Shown piece after piece: positions 34,850 to 49,700 of a stretch of DNA of 64,000 nt; within the stretch, counting starts at the first letter, position 1; the number at the start of each line of letters is the position of its first letter. The notes beneath the pieces were generated by a model that worked only from the letters and a program-made list of their open reading frames with translations, did not search any database and had not been told where the DNA came from. Made by a program: the position numbers and the translations under genes. The stretch comes from Selaginella moellendorffii (Eukaryota > Plantae > Lycopodiophyta): positions 647,370 to 711,369 of the forward strand of contig NW_003314285.1 in assembly GCF_000143415.4 (NCBI RefSeq), given 5' to 3'.

Positions 34850-36310
34850 CCCAACTAAGGAGCAAAGGACCCTACTCCTACATGCATACAATGCATCTTA
34901 TCTCCCTTATGTCCTGCAGTCTTCATTAGTAATATGCACCCACTCCATTTTTTTAAAACACCATGCGATAGTTTGCAAGTTGGGTAGCATCACCTAGCAT
35001 GGAGGCTTGGTTGTGCTCTAGAGTTGATGTCCAGGTCCACAGTGACTGGTGTCATGGACATTGTTAGAGGACATGAAATACATCATCACTTGACTCAAGG
35101 TGCATTATTTGCATTGTGGAATTCATGGATGATGGTGGCACCCATGCTTAACTTGACTACACCAGTAAGTTGCTAATATCAATAGATCCAAAATGCATAG
35201 TGGTCACACCCAAGAAATCAAAGTTGAATAGCTATTTTGTAGATAGCATATTTTGTCTTGTTTTCCAACCATGTTGAAATGCCTTACTAGTCTAATAGGC
35301 AAAGTTGTCATAAGGATCTATTAGGATTATTTCCAAATTAGATAGTTATTCCATCCATGTTTTCAACTCATGCCACCACTCCACAAGAGGGGTATGGAGT
35401 CATCCAGAGCACAACATACCAATTTGTCTTGGTATGAACGTCTTTGAGCCTTCACAAAATCCACCACTCATTTTCAAGCTGAAGTGTCCATAAAATTTGT
35501 GTATGGCACCCTCCACACTTGCAGCTTGTGTTGGATAAACTAGATGTGAATGTCCTCTAGCATGTTCCAGATATACTGAGGGAGTCCTAGGGTTGTAGCT
35601 TCACTCATATACAATGCCAGAGGGATGATTTTAGTTATGTAAAAAGCTTGTTTTGCTTTCCAGCTCATGACTGCATTATTTTGTAGTTTAATTGAAAGCT
35701 ATAATAAGTTTATTAAGCCACTTTAATGCATTTTTTAACATATGTTTTGCTGCTGGAGAGTGTAGCTAAGATATTTGTAAGTGTGTGTTTTTCCTATTAT
35801 AGAAGCATAACCTTGAGGATGGGTTACCAAATTGTATCTTTGATAGATTCACCATCATTCCAGCTTAAATGAGATAGTGCTTCAAAAAGCCTTTACATGG
35901 TGATGGCATTTCATGCTACTAGCAACAAGTTATCAGCATACAAAAACAGATAGAGGTATATGGCATATTCAAATAGCTTCAAGAGCTCCTATATATAGCA
36001 AAAAGCATAGCAGATAACTAGCACATCCATTGTGGAGGGGATGGTGTCTCCTCCAAAGATTAGCATTTTGATTGAGTGGTAGATTTCCTATTGCAGCAAT
36101 CATTAGAATTGGAATTAAATTATCAATGCATGTCAAGGTACTTTATCAAAGGCTTTAGCAAAATTGACAAAGCCCAAAAAGAGTATTTTACTTCAATTCA
36201 ATCTAGTGTGCTCCATTAGAATGTGTAGTATGATAATGTGGTCATAGCATGAGTGATGTTTTCTAAACCCTACTTGCCCTTGAGCATGAATATGATTCTT
36301 TCCTATGACT
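34850..36310 (-). mobile_element. Degenerate non-LTR retrotransposon (LINE) RT remnant
   Basis: Minus-strand FVNFAKAFDKV (~36140-36172) and LFLYADN (~35930-35950), matching RT motifs FxDFxKAFD and YADD; many stops. Confidence 0.7.
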
Positions 36311-36949
36311 AAAATGTTAGTTGTTAAAGTGTTACAGTTTCAAAAATTTAAGTCATAAATGTCAATAATATTTATATCAACTAAATTAATTAGCAATATA
36401 ATGTGCCTATATTTAATTTCTTATTAAAAGACTTTGTATTCTTATTAAACTAATAAGATTTTTTCTTTCTCATATCTGTATTAGACATTTTGCTTAGAAT
36501 TTAGGAATGAGAGTTACATGTTGGTTTTTATGGTGTGGAGGTAATCATATTTGCCTCATACACATTATTATAAATCATATCCATTTTTATGGTAGACATC
36601 CTTTAACACATGATGTATGGTTTTTAGTAGAAGATATTCAAGAGATTAGATTATGTATATCTACTACTTTAGCAGGGCAATATTTTGAAATTGTTGAAAG
36701 TTTTTTAACTTTAAATGATTGTGGGATTAATTTAAGTGGTGGTAATGGTGGTGGCAATGATAATGTATTCTTTACATGGGAATGAAAAAAAATTAATATC
36801 TATTTATAAAAGGGTTAGTGCTTCTATTGTATCTACTTGTTTAAGAATTCTAGATGTGTAAGTTATTACTAGAATATCAAACCAAGAAATATATAGTTTT
36901 GTGAGGTAAGTTTGTTTTAATATTAGTTAGTATTAAGTTTGTATTTATT

Positions 36950-37490
36950 TGGATGAAAGCTCTTCAAACAAATATTAACTGAAAATAATTTTTTCCTGAA
37001 CATCACTAAACATAGTGGATGTACATACAACAAAAACTGATTTATGCATCAATGACTGTTTGTTATTTCATAAGGAGAATAAAGACCTTCAATTTTGTCA
37101 AATCTATAACACTAGGAGGTATAAATATTTAAATAATTTTATACCTGAGAAAATGGTGACTAATTTCCTATTCTATTTCAACTTCAACAAATATTTCAAT
37201 ATAGAGAAATAGCACAATATATAATTTATCATTTTGATCATCAATCCTTGATGAAAGAATAAGAATGCCTACAAATGGTTCAACTTGGAAAAAGTTCAAA
37301 GATGATTCCAAATTTTATAACAAATCTAAGAAATATACATTTTAGTTTGGCTAGTGATGGCCTTTCTCTAACAAAATTAATGGCAAAACCATATTTATAT
37401 TAAATAATTATTGCAGTAAATAATTTTATACCATCAACTCTAGCAAATAAGCTTTCATTTATATTTTCTATTATGATTATACTAGAAATT
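36950..37490 (+). mobile_element. CACTA (En/Spm) TnpD/Tnp2 transposase remnant
   Basis: DLCINDCLLFHKENKDLQFCQIYNTRRYK resembles HACPNDC.LY...C..C...RYK; RNIHFSLASDG resembles RNxRxxLATDG. Confidence 0.75.
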
Positions 37491-39659
37491 TCCTAGCAAA
37501 AAGCTGGTGGGTTGGCAAGGTGAAGTTCAAAAAAAACTTTAAATCTGAGCTACCTCACCATGCTCAGACTGTGTTGCTTTTGGCATCATATAAAGGACAC
37601 ATACTTGAAGCAACATGTAAAACACCCAAATTTAACTACTAGCAGAGACATAATTGTGATCCTCAATATCCCTAAGTGGCTTCTCCTTAACATTTGAGAA
37701 TTAGTTGGGTCATTGATCCATATGGTGACAGCTTGAAGCGTAGCTTCAATTCTCCTGCAGTGTTTTATATAAGAAAATTGTAGTTGTAGAAAGGGACATG
37801 AAGAATTTCTCACTAGGAACTACTCTAGTGACTATGGCCGAGACAACATCAATCTCACAGTGTTTACACAAAATCAAGAGTTTAAAGTCATCCATTGCCA
37901 GTAAAATGAATGCCTTCAATTGCACTTGCCTAGCCATGGTAGTATGGCTGCCATCATGAGAGCCAGCTTCTCGCATGTTGAAACCTAGTGCAGAACCTGA
38001 AAATTGAATTTCCTTTGCAAGAACAAAAAGATTTTACCTAGATGAGTGGAAAATTCTTATGCAGCATATGTGAGATCCAAGCAGACTCTCCAGTTCTATA
38101 AGCACCAGCCATAGTGCTCCATTGCTAATCCAGCCCTAAAGACATAAGGGAGAAATTTTGTGGTAAACAGGATGGATAAGACTCTATACACAGCATATGC
38201 ATGAGCCAAGCTCCAATACTGCAAAGGACAATCACTTGACATGCCCATCCACAAACCCTATACTCAAGCAACACAAGCTCTTGGGCCTCCATCTCTAGCA
38301 CCCAGTGTTGCCTCTTCTTCTGCGAACTTTGAGGCTAAGGAGCTGCAGTAAAGCAAAGAAACCTGGAGTAAGTGAAAGTTTGGTGCTGAGGAGGAGTTGT
38401 GATAAAGAAAATTTCCCTAGCTACAAGGGCAGAGGAGGAGGGGCTGTGGTAAAAGGAGAGTTTTTCCCTCCTCAACTGCAACCTCCTAGAATTTCAGCAA
38501 ATGCTGGATGAGTATAAAAATCAATAATTTTATACAATTTTTTTCTTTTGATATTTTTATATGTATATATATATACACACACACACACAATAGTATATAC
38601 TATATATTTAAAACACTAAAGTGAAAAATAAGAGTTTCCAAGTAAAAATTATTGATCGAGATATTATATTTAGTATTACTTGGGAATATGAATATATTTA
38701 GAATAGTAGGATTTTAAGAAAATTTAATACTCAACCTAGAAAACATGAAAACAAAAATTGCTAAGAACAACTTTTTTATAGTTATAAGAATAAATATATT
38801 TAGTACACTTCCAGATAAAAAGCAATAAAAATAATTAATAAAAATAAATTTTATTAATTAGATATTACATATAAAGTATGTTTTTATTTGGGTATAAACA
38901 AATTTAGAATCCTAAACTGTTAAGAAAACTAATATATTACTACCCAGACTCATTACTAAGATTAATTATCATTAATTTAGGGAAGCATTATTTAACTATT
39001 ATGTGTTTACTTAGAATATGAATAGATGAATAACCAGGATTTAAGAACATTAATATGTTACTCAGACCCAAACATAACTTAAAATTAAAAAGTTTTAATT
39101 GCTATTAATATATAAATTATAAATTCATTATTTAATGTATTTGTATTAAGACTAAGCTAACCCACACCTTGAAGATCATATGGAATTGCTTTAATTACCC
39201 GATCAATGCATCAGTACAGCTTATCAATTGGTGAGGGGCAACTCTATCTATCAACTAAACATATACATAAAGAAGAAAATTGTAAGACAAGGTAAGTGCC
39301 ATCTTAATAATACTAACTGATTGGGGCAAGTTTAAGTCAAAATGAATTTTAATCATAGGAAATGATACTCTTGGCCCGCCACCTAAGCAACATCTCCTGT
39401 ACAATCACCAGCACACTCAACAGCCATGCCCTATGGGAACCCCAAGAGCTGTTATTCTTGTGCCCACACAATCCCTTGCAAGAGTTTTCCAGAAGCCAAA
39501 AAGAATTGATAAGCAATGCAGGAGGGCCACAAACCCACAGCAGGCAACTTTTTTTGTCACCTGTTGTCCATGGCTTATGCCTCAGCAATTCTCTACCCCA
39601 GGACCCAATCTCTAGGAAGTTGGAACAGTGAAAGAGTTTGTGCTTACCCCGACTTTGAT

Positions 39660-40230
39660 CAACCATGGTGGACTTGACGCCCTAGGCCTTCTGCTGCTGG
39701 AAGTCTTGTGCAAGCGAGCAGCACTCACAGAAGCAGTGGGAGATAAAATCCTGGCTCCATGATCCAAGGCAGCTTGTACTTCTTCTAGAGCTTGGTTCTA
39801 TAGTGCGTCGAGAGGCAACAACACAGCCCAGTAGTGCAGAGCAAGCAATACAAGAGCCTGTTAAATAGGCATATTGAGAAAATGAAACTCACATGAGAAA
39901 GCAAGAAGCAAGGAAGAAAACTCAAGAGCTTACATCTTAGATCATTGTCCACAATCTTGGCCAAGCATCCAAAGGTTATGCAAGGAGTGATTCCAATTAT
40001 CCCACTCCAATCTGTAAGGCCAAGGGAAATGCATATTGTGTCAATAGAAAACAAACACTTCTCTAAAGAGCTACACACTATGGCTAAAGCACTCTCAAGT
40101 TTCTCTGCAAAAAGGAGAAAGAACTAACTTACAGCTTTCTAGATCATGCCATGTTGGTCGCTCCTCTCTTGCTTCTCCACAAACCTAGAGCTCTTGGGTC
40201 TCCATCTCTAGTGTTGGGTGGCCATTGACC
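39660..40230 (-). pseudogene. PLAC8-domain (PCR/CNR-like) Cys-rich protein pseudogene
   Basis: PCITFG..A.IVD exon; LLYCLL..GLCCCLSTHYRTKL*KKYKL and QDFISHCFCECCSLAQ; in-frame stop and frameshift. Confidence 0.75.
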
Positions 40231-40781
40231 ACCATGAACATCACCGTGCCACAAAGATCCCACAAAGATCCCTATTGTTGCCTCTCTCTCTATGATTGCC
40301 TCTTCTTGTTGAGGAAGAAAAACTTGCCTGGAGAAACTCCCAACAATCATCAAGTTCCTTGCTCACATTCCCAAACTTTGGACACATCCTCCTCCCCAAG
40401 CTGTATTTTGAGCACATAGCTTCTTCTTCTAGATGGCTCCAACACCATCGCCCTAATTGTAGTTTACCTGGTTTTGAGACCCCAAATTAAAATCGCTAGC
40501 TACCACTACCATCAGAGAGAGAGATCTTGAATGAAACAATTGATTAACTTTGGGTTAATCACAGCCATTGGCCCAAAGCCCTACTTAATTTTTGCCATGT
40601 CATTGAGCACATGCAAAATTCACAATAACTTTTTCGCTCGACAGGCAGCAATTTAATATAATTATATTTGTGATTTTTCAAGGTCCAAAACATCCAAAGG
40701 TACAATCTAACAGCTGACTTCGATTATAAGCAAGATCTCGCCCAAGAGCCAATGTCTCTATATGAGAGTGTGGCGTGCATC

Positions 40782-43700
40782 TGTTGGGGGAAGGAGCAGC
40801 ATTTCCCCCAACGCTCACTCAAACACGAGAAATGCTTCACTACTCTCCACAAAATGCCCCCCCTTGCCCTTGTGAGGCAAGGGTTTTATACAAGGAAGAT
40901 GGGAATATTTTGAGGACCAGAATATTCCCTCTCTCTCTCACTCTCGGTGGCCACGCCCTAACATGTGACCACGGTGGATCGCGCTGGCTCCAGACACGCG
41001 AGAACCCTCCAAAGAGTGTAGAGTGTACCTCTGCTACTGATGCCAAGTGCTAGTAGATGTGTGAAATAGTAGGAACTCTAGAAAACAAAGTGGAAAAGAA
41101 AGAAAAGAGGTAGGTGTGAAGTTTGGAGACAGGGAGGAAAACCCGGTGGGAAACCTTGTAGTCAAACTGGACCCTGAAGTTGAAGAAAAGTGTAGCAAAA
41201 GTGTGAAAAGAGGAGGAAAATAGAGGAAAAAGAGTGTGAATACCCAAAGAACTTAACCCGTACCTGGATTTCGGCTCAGGAAAGTGTAATATGCAAATGC
41301 AACCTCTTGATGACTTCCCGTATGCTCCAAGGATTGGCCAAAATCGAGAAAGAAAGAGAGGTAGAAGAGGGGATGCATTGCCCAAGGGTGGTAAGTGTGG
41401 AAATGATGAAAAATGGAGTGATATGGTGGAGTGCCGAGATGGTGGTGGCACTTTGAAAAGGTAGCCATTGATAACCATTGGCCCATAGAGTAAGCACTGA
41501 CCACTCGGAGTAGCCAGTAACCGGTAACCGGTAACCAGTAGCCAGGTACCTGTAACCTGTAATTGGTAACCACTTGCTCTCGCTCCTACTCCTGCGCCAG
41601 CTCCAGCACCGATATGGTGGAGTGATATGGTGGAGCGCTGAGATGGTGGTGGCTCTCTGAGAAGGTGGCCAGGCTGATTTGTCGGACTGAAGAAGTCAGC
41701 AGCTGAAATGGATGGCATAGTCGCTGGGTTGCTGGTAAAGAGAGGTGGCATGTGTCCACTGAGTGCTGGAGCAGAAGAAAGTGGCTTTAGCTTCTGTGGC
41801 CTTGCCTAAAGATCCACCTAGGTGCCTTGAGTGAACAAGTTCACCTGGTTGGAAGAAAGTTGCTCCAGAAAAGCTAGTGCATCGTCGGCAAATGGTCATA
41901 AGGACATCTCAGAAATGGCACGTCCAAATGAGGTGGTGTATTTTGCTGCTGGTGCATATATATGTGTCTGTGGTATGGCATAAATGTGACCTCAAACAGA
42001 GATGTGAATGATGGTGAAAGAATAAAAGATGCAAGACGGGCATCTAGAGATAAGTGTGGGCAACACTGCTGGGAGTGAGTGGTGATGGAACTGTGAATGT
42101 AGATGATATGGAATGAGTGAGGGGAATGTGTGGGGTGTAGGAATGGTAAGGGAAGGGCCAAAGAACCTGGAACATAGACTGAGCCAAGTGAGGAACCTCC
42201 ATACAAACGGCAATGCAGCCTGAGAGCAAAATCCAAGGCATGGGCCATGGTCCAATGGAGAGACACCCTCTGAAAGTAAGAAAAGTAGCCATGAAAGTAA
42301 AGTGAAAGAAAGGAAGAAAAAGAAAAAGAAAAAGAAGAGAAGAGGAATGCCTCACCGGATGAAGCGTTTGAGATGAAAGTGCTTGTGAGTGTGTGGGAAC
42401 TCACATCCATTAGCATCAACTAGCACGTATGCTCCACCTCCAATGTGTCACTGGACAAAGTAGGGGCCGGTCCAGTGAGGGGAGAACTTCGAAGGTGGCA
42501 TGAACTCCTTGAGTAGAACGAGATCACCATCCTTGAATGGTTCGGCAGACCGCTGGTGATCAATGACTGACTTGATCTTCTGCTTGCTTCGAAGGAGATG
42601 TTTCGATGTGGATCATCACTGTTCTTCCAAGGCAAGAACCTCCAAGTCACGTGCATGAAGCTTGTCTTCATCGCTACTGCGTACCGAAGTGAAAGTGAGA
42701 GTGATGGCACCTAGATCTCTACTGGAAGTACGGCCTCTGTCCCATAGACAAGGGAGAATGGGGTCGCAGAGATGGATGTCGTGAAGGATGTTCGAAAGGC
42801 CCACAACGCTGTAACCAACTGTTCGTGCCAACGCCTTGGGTGATCCTCCACAAGCTTTGAGATGACTGTCTTCAATATTTTGTTGCTGGACTCTGCCTGG
42901 CCATTGCACTCCGGATAATGGCTGCTGCTTTTCACGTGCTTGACCTGCAGTTGCTGGAGAAGATGCTGCATCACCTGTCCAAGGAAGCCGCTGCCACGAT
43001 CGGAAACCAAAACAGCAGGAACTCCAAATCGGCAAATGATGTACTCATAGGCAAACTTTGCTGTAGACTATTGATCTGCCTGTCGCAGAGGGGTGGCCTT
43101 GACCCATTTTGTGAAATAGTCCATCGCCACAATGATGTATCACTGTCCTTTTGAGCTCGGTGGGTTGATCGGGCCAACGAAGTCAAGTCCCCACTGGAAA
43201 CAGGGACCCGGAGAAGTGATGAGCTAGAAAGGAAGACGTGGAACATGGCTCCGAGGGTTGAACTGCTGGCACTGCTCGCATGCCTTTACATAGGCCAAGC
43301 TGTCCTGGTGAATCCGAGGCCAAAAGTAGCCATGGCGCAAGAGGAGCTATGCTGTAACCCGTCCCGAGAAATGCCTCGCACAAGAGTGGAAAGCGCGAAG
43401 GAGCTCAGGGACCTCGTGTTCCCCCACACACCGCAACAAAACTTCCTGAGAAGTCCTCCTGTAAAGGTGTCTATCAAGAAGGCAAAACCCCCGTGCTCGG
43501 ATCTCCAACGCCTTTTGTTGTACTGGTGAGGAATCTGCTGGGAACTGACCTGAATCTAGGTACACTGCAACATCCTGTAATGCTGCTGGGACCACAAAGG
43601 AGGTAGCCTCAACAACCAGGAACTCGCTCGGATCCATCACACGCTTTTGCCGCATGTGAAAAGTTGGTTGGAACTCTTGGATGGTCACAATCCAAAATAA

Positions 43701-46700
43701 AGTACAAGGACTGTGAACTAGTTGCTGTAAAAGAAAGGTCAGAACATTAAAATAGACGTGGAAATGGATACGGGCTCCAGCGAAAAAGTGACGGAATCGC
43801 TCCAAGGTGTAAACAACAGCCATTGCTTCTTTTTCCGCATCCACATATTTCATTTTAGTCTCCTTGAGCAAAGGTGAGGCATAATATGTTGCATGTGGTG
43901 GCTTGCCAGGCTGTGAACATTGGCAAAGGCATACTCCAAAAGCCTTTGTACCCATTGTGATGTAAATGTCAAAAGGAAGTTGTTGTTCTGGTGGTTGGAG
44001 TATCGGGGCCGTGTGGAGTGACTGTTGTAGTGATTCAAAGGCTTGTTGTTGGGACTCACCCCAGCTGTGTTGTAGCAAAGCTACCAGAGGCCGTGAACGT
44101 GCAGCATAGTTGTGGATGAAACGGCGAAAGAAACCCGTTTGCCCAAGGAAACTGCAAAGCTGCTTCAAGTTGGTTGGTGGGCTCCGATCCAAAATCTCCT
44201 GAGTCTTGGCTACCTGGGGTCTGATCCCATCCTGAGAGACATCAAAGCCCAGTAACCGGCCTTCGGTTACCCCGAATTTACACTTTGCCGGGTTCAATGA
44301 AAACCTGTGTTGTCGGTAGCGAGTGAAAATCTGTTCCAAGTGCATAAGGTGATCCTCAAAGGATTCAGAGGTCATGCACAGATCATCCATATACACCCTC
44401 AAGGCCCCTCCAATCAAGTTGTGAAAGGCATGGGTCATAAAATGCTGAAAAGTAGCTCCGGCGTTACACAAGCCGAATGGGAGGACAAAGACACCCCAAG
44501 GTGTTTGGAAGGCCATAAGATCTCAATGATCTGGATGAATGAAGATCTGGTTGTACCCTGAAAAGCCATCCATGAAAGAGTCGTACTGGTGGCCAGCCAT
44601 CTCATCCACAATCGCATCGATAAACGGAGTTGGAAAGTGATCTTTTGCAGTTGCCTTGTTCAAGTCTCGAAAGTCAACACAGAGGCAGAGTTTTCTATTT
44701 GCCTTGCGTGCAGAGACGAGAATGGCCACCCACTCTGAGCTCTCCAAAGGGTAAATAAAGCCGGCTGCCAGAAGTCGCTCAATCTCCAACTTGATCTCTG
44801 AGTGAGCTACCAGGCTGAAACACCGCATTTTTTTATGGACTGGTTTGGCTGACTCTGAAAGCACGATACTGTGCATGATTGTGTCTATGGGAACTCCTGG
44901 GAGCTGGCTGTAGTCCCAAGCAAACACGTCCTTGAAACAGTGAAGGAGATCCAAGAGCTTTGCTGTGTTTGTTGAAGCAAGCGATATGGCGATAAAGACC
45001 AGGTCCTTGTCATCACCTAGAAAACGGCATAAACCCTAGAGTCTGGAGAAACCTTGGGCTCAGGGGGTTCATCTATCTTTGATTCCTCCCTGACTCTAGA
45101 AACCAAAGAGCAGGGAGTGCCTTTTGCCTCTCGCATCATGGTGATTGCTTGATGTGATAACCTGTCTGCCCAAAAGTTTTCTTCACGGGGGACACTTTGA
45201 AAAGACACATTAGAGAACTCATCCTTCAGGTTGATCGCCCGCTACCATAGCTCTTTCAGGTTCTCTTTGCAAACTTGGTATTCTCCAGTAAGTTGGTGTA
45301 TGATGAGTTGCGCATCTCCAACGAAAGTGACTCACCTAAACTTGAGATCTGTGGCCAACTTCATAGCACTGATGGCTGCCAAGTACTCTGCTTCATTAGC
45401 TGATGTTGCTGGCAAAGTGATAGAGAGGTCGGCTACTTTGTTCTCCGCATAATCAATCATCCAAACTCCAATGCCGGCAACCTGGTTTTTGGGGCAGAAA
45501 GCACTGTCAAAATAAGTTGTAATCATAGGAGTGGCCTCTTCCTCAAATAAAGATGTTGGGGACACCACATCCGGCAAGACTGTCTCTGGTAAGTCTGGTA
45601 AGAATGTTGTTGTTGGATCTGGAGATTTTGTTTGTTGTTCTCTTTGCTTCAAATGCTCTGAGCGCTCGATGTCCAATGCAAGGACTACAGCCAGGTACTC
45701 CGCAAGTGAAGGGAGATCCTCCACCAAAGTCCAGTCCAAGTCTGGTGCTAAAGTTTCAGTGTAATACCCTTGGATCTGTACTAGGGGCTCCACAGTAGGA
45801 AATTCTGAACTCAAAGAGCTATAACTTGCATGCAACACATCTGATTTGCTTGATTCTTCCTGCTAGTTGTGTGATTGGGTGTCATCTTCCATCTCCAAAA
45901 AACAGCATGACAAAATACGCTCAGAGTCGTCAGCTACCGTGATTTCAGTAGGAAGATGTTGGCTGTGTAACACCTCAGATAGTTGCTGAGGAGGATTGAG
46001 TTCAGCTGTGTCCTGCAGAAGATGGGCCTAGTCTGGAGCAACTGTGTCATCTTAAGAGAATGTCGGTCCTATGCAAGAAACGAGTCGAGAAGCCCTTCCT
46101 CTATTGAGAGACACTCCAGAAAGCTGGATGTAGCAGCCCGTACTCTATAAGCCCTATCATTGAATAAAGAGGGCTTGTCTAGAGGCTTGGCCTTACTCTC
46201 AAATAAAGAGAGTGAAGCTGAGAGATGTCTTGGGCTACCTGACTCACCTCCAACCATGTCAATCACATTGCATGAGAAAGCATCCATCATATAGATGGTC
46301 GATGCCCCTGCCAACTCAGGAAAAACCTCTGTGAGCTCAAGAGGAAAGCATGGCGTGGAGGCCATCTTAGTCTGAGCTTGCTGGGCTTGCTGAAAAAGAG
46401 CTTTGCTGTGGTTGTTGAGAAAGGTGGCACTATGGGTTCCATCGCCAATTTCCAACTTGCCTTGTGCACTATCAATGGTGCAATGGGCTGTGACTTGCCA
46501 TGAGTGGCCAAGGATGATAGAGTCCTTCAAAGAGGACGTTCCAAGACGTTGGTAGTCAACCACGAGGAAATATACCTCAGAAATAACACCCTGCACTGAG
46601 ACCTTGACACCATAGCAAATTCCTGCCGAAGGAACGGTGTGGTTGGCGAAGGTTTTGAGCACGATGGAGGAGCTCTCAGTGATCCGTAGCTGTGCTGAAG

Positions 46701-49700
46701 GCAACCTCGAGAGAGATAATGTTGCTTCCAGAACCGGAGTCAACCAAAGCATCCATCTTACAAGAGGAAGTACCAATCTGTACCGGGACAAAGAATGGAC
46801 CAGGATCTCCACCATATCTTGTCATATCGACAATGTGCACCTCTTGATGAGTCCTCTTGAGAGTGCTCTCTGGTGGTCCTGACCGTGCAAACTCCTCCAA
46901 ACACTGGCCGAATCCCAGGATAAGACACAACATGCCTCGGAGCGAAAAGGTGACAGGAGTGTCAACCAGCTATTGAAGAACCGGCTCCAGAACAGGAATA
47001 GCTGTTGGTGGGATCCCAGGAGGAGAAGAGAGTAGTGACTTGAAGGGGAGCTTACAAGCCACCCTCTGTGTCACTGGGCCTGATACCAATGGAGATTCGC
47101 TCTCAACTGGCACCGGGGGATCTGTGGCAGACTGAGCGACTACCTTCTTCTTCGCTAGGGCTCGAGTGGTTGCGGTTTGCTATTGTTGCCTATAGAGTTC
47201 CTCGACTACCAAAATTGTGTTGACTGATGAGGCTGGTGCCTTGCCTTTGCTTGACGAAGGGGCGGCCTCAATTGCTTGTCGCTCCAACTGCTCCTGATAT
47301 GTCTCTGGACCCCGAGACGATGTGGAATTATTAGTAAAGGGATGTTGTTAGACATGTTGAGAAGATGGAGGCCGAAGCTCTAGGTGAAGCTTGAAGCAGC
47401 GCTGTGTGTTGTGTGTGTTCATTTCGCAATGAGTGCATCAACGGGACTTAAATCTGCGTTCCCGAGCTGTAGCGGCCTCTTTCCTGGACTCCACCAGCTC
47501 TTGGAGCAATTTGTTATGGTGGGACTGCTGCTGAAGAATGATCTCCTTTAGCTGCCACATCTCATTGGCAAAGTTCTCAAGAGCCGAAGGTGTATGCTCA
47601 ATAGTGACGGGCTTTGGTATGGATGGGTGAACAGTTGCACAAGGTGACTCTGACGGGGTGATGGCTTGGTTGAAAATTCAACTCTAGAAATCCCTAAGTC
47701 AACCAGAAGCTCTCTTTCCAGCTTCGTAGCAAACGAAAATGCCTCATGGCAAGACCTGAAAGTCTTCTTAAGAAGTTTCCGCTGCAAGTTCCCACACATA
47801 CCTGCTGTGAATGCTGTGATCCCCTGTTGCTCATCTTGGACTACTCTGCGATCCCAACACTGCTTCCAGTAAGCTTGAAAGCGTGTGATGTAGTCAGGAA
47901 CAGTCTCGTGAGCACCCTGTCGGAACGAAAAGAGGTCGACAAGTAGCCAATTTGTGGGTTTTTCCTCAATGAAGCGTTCTCTGAAAGAAGCAAGTAGTGT
48001 CTAGAAGTCTGTCCGATCCTCTGGGAGGAAAGAATCTGCCCAAGTTGCTGCTTTGCCTTCAAGAGATTGCAAGAAGTCACGGCACATACGATCATCATCG
48101 ACGATCATGTTTATGGTGCAGTAGTAATCAAAGCGACTGATATGCGATGTTGGAGAGACTGTTCCAACACCTAAGAATGTCGGCAAATCACTCCCCTTCT
48201 GCAAAACATGGAGCTGAGGTCAAGCTAAAGGTGGCTGTGCCATAGCTTGTAGATCGAAGTCACTGGAATCTACCGAGGATGAAGAAGACTCGGCCCGAGA
48301 AGGTGCAGTGTCGTACCTAAGCTGCCTTTGGATGTTAGAAAGTTTACTACGTACCTTAGGGCCTTGAGGTATGGTAAAAGGGTGCCAATTTGTCGTACAT
48401 CTAGTTTGTACCAGCATCAAATACCCTGAACACTGCAAATGCCCGGTCAAAGCAACTAGGTTGACAGGAGCAAGAAGATTGTAGGCTAGTGCTCAAGTTG
48501 CTCAAAATGCCTGTGACGAAGAGAAATAAGGGTCAAAATGGAAAGAGATGTAGGCCTCAAGCACAGGTAACCATTGACCCGTAGGATAACCGCCGGAGTA
48601 GCCACTGGAATAGCCGCTGGAGGAGCCACTGGAGTAGTCGGTAGAGGAGCCACTAGAGTAGCCAGTAGCTGGTAACCGGTAACCGGGGTAGCTGCTGGAG
48701 CAACCACTAGAGTAGCCGCGGGAGTAGCTGGTAGCCGGTAACCAATAGCCGAGTACCTGTAACCGGTAACCCCTACTCTCACTCCTACCCCTGCGCTTGT
48801 TCCGACACTAACTCCTATCCCTGTGCCTATTCCTATTGTCCCTATTCCTACACCAACTCTTGTTCCTGCTCCTCCTGTTCCTGTTCCTACGGTTACCTGT
48901 TCCTTGACGATTGCTTCATTCCCAAAGAACCCCTAACGAAGTTTAACCCAAAAGAGAAAAATGAGGCCTTTAGTCTCGATCCTTCTCCATTTTGATTGTT
49001 GGTGGGCTCGTTGGAAAGAGCTCAACCCCGTCTACCTTCTATTGCAAGAATTTGGGAAGAAATCGCCTCAATATTCCCTAAAATCCACAAAGAGGTAGCC
49101 CAAAACACCAACATTGTGGAAAAACATGTGCATGTCCATGATGTAGATTGACATTAAGGCGCATTGGTACTTCTCGAAAGCCTAGGACCAGGAGCACCTC
49201 TAGAAATAAACGGCATCCAAAACCAAGCCTAGAGGAGCACAAATTCCTACCACAAAGATAACCCAATCTAGCCGGAGAAGAAAATCCTTTTGCATGCCGT
49301 CAATTCACCCAAATCTAGTGCCAAGAACTACCACTACTCATAGATCTAGGCCAGATCTACAAGTCCAAATGCACTACTTTGAGAAATTTGGCTGAGGATC
49401 CAGGCGAGAAAATGAAAACCCCAAAATGCTCATCTGACCGAGCTAAGAAATGTTGTATCTCTTCAAATACTGCACAACTTGATGAGTGCCATACCTTGCT
49501 GGAAAGAAGAGCTCCAGACCTATCCAACACACTCAAGATCAAAGAAAACCATCGCAAGATGAACAAGGAATTCCTTCCCAAAGTCTGCGGCCAAAAGAAA
49601 AGAGAGAAATAAAGCTTCGGAAAGTCTTGCATGTCATGCCAAATTTACCATTTGTTAGGGGAAGGAAGGGTACTTTCCCCAACGCTCACTCAAACACGAA

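Noticed and set aside
37500-38500. Possible multi-exon minus-strand gene fragment
   Set aside because: Splice-like sites are present but no product could be assigned.
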